DNA of 46,702 nt from Ionaspis alba (lineage: Eukaryota). Positions 45,029-46,702 of the stretch are shown here, piece by piece. Where the stretch lies: contig CAXUUL010000048.1 of the NCBI GenBank assembly GCA_964255285.1, positions 1 through 46,702 of the forward strand, written 5' to 3'. The translations under genes and the position numbers were made by a program. Under the pieces are notes generated by a model that was given only the letters and a program-made list of their open reading frames with translations, was not told the DNA's origin and did not search any database. The first letter of the stretch is position 1. Each line of letters begins with the position of its first letter.

Positions 45029-46702
45029 TCAGGTCATTATATGGACCATTGTTGACCGACTACATGAGGATATTTGTCCAGGCTCGGTTCTCGAGCTACA
45101 AGGCTACTTGCTTCAAGAAGCTTCTTGGCCTTATCATTAAGACAAAGTCACCCACCTGGCTGTGGTGGATATATTGTCATCGGCACCTTGCATTTCCAAA
45201 CCTGCTCGCTTGACAACTCGTTTGTACTGTCAGCCATAGGAACAGATATCGTGAACAATAGATAGAGGGCAAAATAGGTTTTGATCAGGATATTCTTTGA
45301 TGACATTCTACATACAAGAATAAAATGAGTCTAACCTATTTATGGTCCACAACAGGCAATCCTGGACAAATTCAGTTACTTTGTCGAAGCCTACCCGAAA
45401 TGGCCCGTTCCACTTGCTGCCGACATCTCATAATATGCATGCCTAGATCTTGCAATCCTGTGTTAGCGGAGCACATAGCTGCAAGACTACATTGCTCGTA
45501 CGAAGGTGTCCTTCATCCAATCCTACTTCAGGCGCTCAAGTAACCTTCCTGCTCATGATCGAAGATCGATTGTGGTAGAGTCACCCGCAATGTAGTCAGC
45601 AATCCATCGTCCTGTCCTTCGATCCTAGTTCAGTAATCCGTTACTCTCCAGCAGGGCGCCGACCCACCCACGCCTCCAACCTAAGGCAGTAGGTACCAAC
45701 ACACGAAAGGAATGAATGCACGTATTGATTCTCAATGTCTCAGACTGTAGGATATGCACTTTCAGGCCTCTGGACTTCATATTTGTTAGGCGGAGTTCAT
45801 AGCGCCCGTGCTCCCGACATGTTCCCGGCTCCAGATGCTAAAGATTCGACCGATGCAGGAAGATAAACCAATGTCGTTCACTCCCGACTGCACGAACCAG
45901 ACTCGACAACCTGATTTCTAATCTTCGCTTGCCAGCCGAGTATGATAACGATGAGCTGGTAGGAAAAGAGGAAGGTATGCAGACATAACCAGAAATCTGG
46001 AAGACGATTCTGCTGTGCAAGTCTCAACAAATCTATCCAATAGCGCGGATGGTGTAATTTCCGTATGCGTCTGAAACTGCAGTAGCAAAAAATGGCAATG
46101 TGGACCAAATTATCGCTGCAGAGGAAATTTGACAACCACCACAATGGGAACGTGGCTGCCAACACCGCAGGTACCTAGGAGAAAAGATTGACCCCTCCAT
46201 TGAGGATGATGAAGAGTCGAGAACAAGAGAGACATGAGATCATGCAGGACGGCCGACATTCTATGCCTACGTGAGCTCTTCCCCGTCCACGATAATCCAT
46301 CTGCAAAGATAAGACTTCAAAGCATCAACTGCACGGGGATTAGCCCTGCAAATGATCGGAAGATCTCTCCCTACAGAAGGGTCCCGCATGATGCCACCAA
46401 TGCGAGGGCAGGGCACGCGACGTCAACTTCCCAGTCAACCTCACCTTTATAATCTCTTGACGAAAGAAAGAAAAAGCAAAACCCCCAACTACAAGCGTAA
46501 CACTCCCCCCGACCGTTACATCGATCCAGCAGCAATAAGCAGCAACCATCATCCTCTTTAAACACCTACCGTGACTACCAACGCTCAATCAAGTGTAACA
46601 TCGTCTCTCCATCACGCATCCTCAAAATCAGCCACACCATCCCAATCCATCACTCTCCTCGCCCATCTCCCTCATCCGGCACCCTCCCACCGCATCTCGC
46701 CC

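Noticed and set aside
45030..46702. Short ORFs at the window end
   Set aside because: No motifs or coherent splice model. The C-rich tail looks like the UTR or promoter of a gene outside the window.
1..46702. tRNA, rRNA, CRISPR array or intact transposon
   Set aside because: No such signatures seen by eye: no transposase, RT or integrase motifs, and no terminal repeats.

Overview
Gene-dense (~50% GC) intron-containing DNA from a filamentous ascomycete (Pezizomycotina). It is a draft assembly: each of the two 100-N gaps is flanked by an exact 55-bp duplicate. Hand-splicing gives about 18 genes. The conserved core set is a Ser/Thr kinase, class-3 lipase, Kar3 kinesin-14, Loa1/Vps66 acyltransferase, tafazzin, a NOSIP-like RING protein, a peroxisomal FMN alpha-hydroxy-acid oxidase, an acyl-CoA thioesterase, Vfa1, Yvh1 and a C2H2 transcription factor. 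Two accessory regions stand out. (1) 23.6-28.3 kb holds three co-oriented genes: a caspase-fold protease whose catalytic-Cys motif is split by an intron, a hidden 87-aa three-exon SH3/Tudor-like microprotein absent from the ORF track, and a DUF6594-like multi-TM protein. This is a candidate undescribed protease/adaptor/membrane-effector module. (2) 1.8-8.9 kb holds a Zn2Cys6-SDR divergent pair, a RIP-decayed HET-domain pseudogene, a kinase/HET chimeric duplicate joined at a 15-bp microhomology, and a HET-6-like gene with one premature stop. Family assignments come from motif recognition only; no searches were run.
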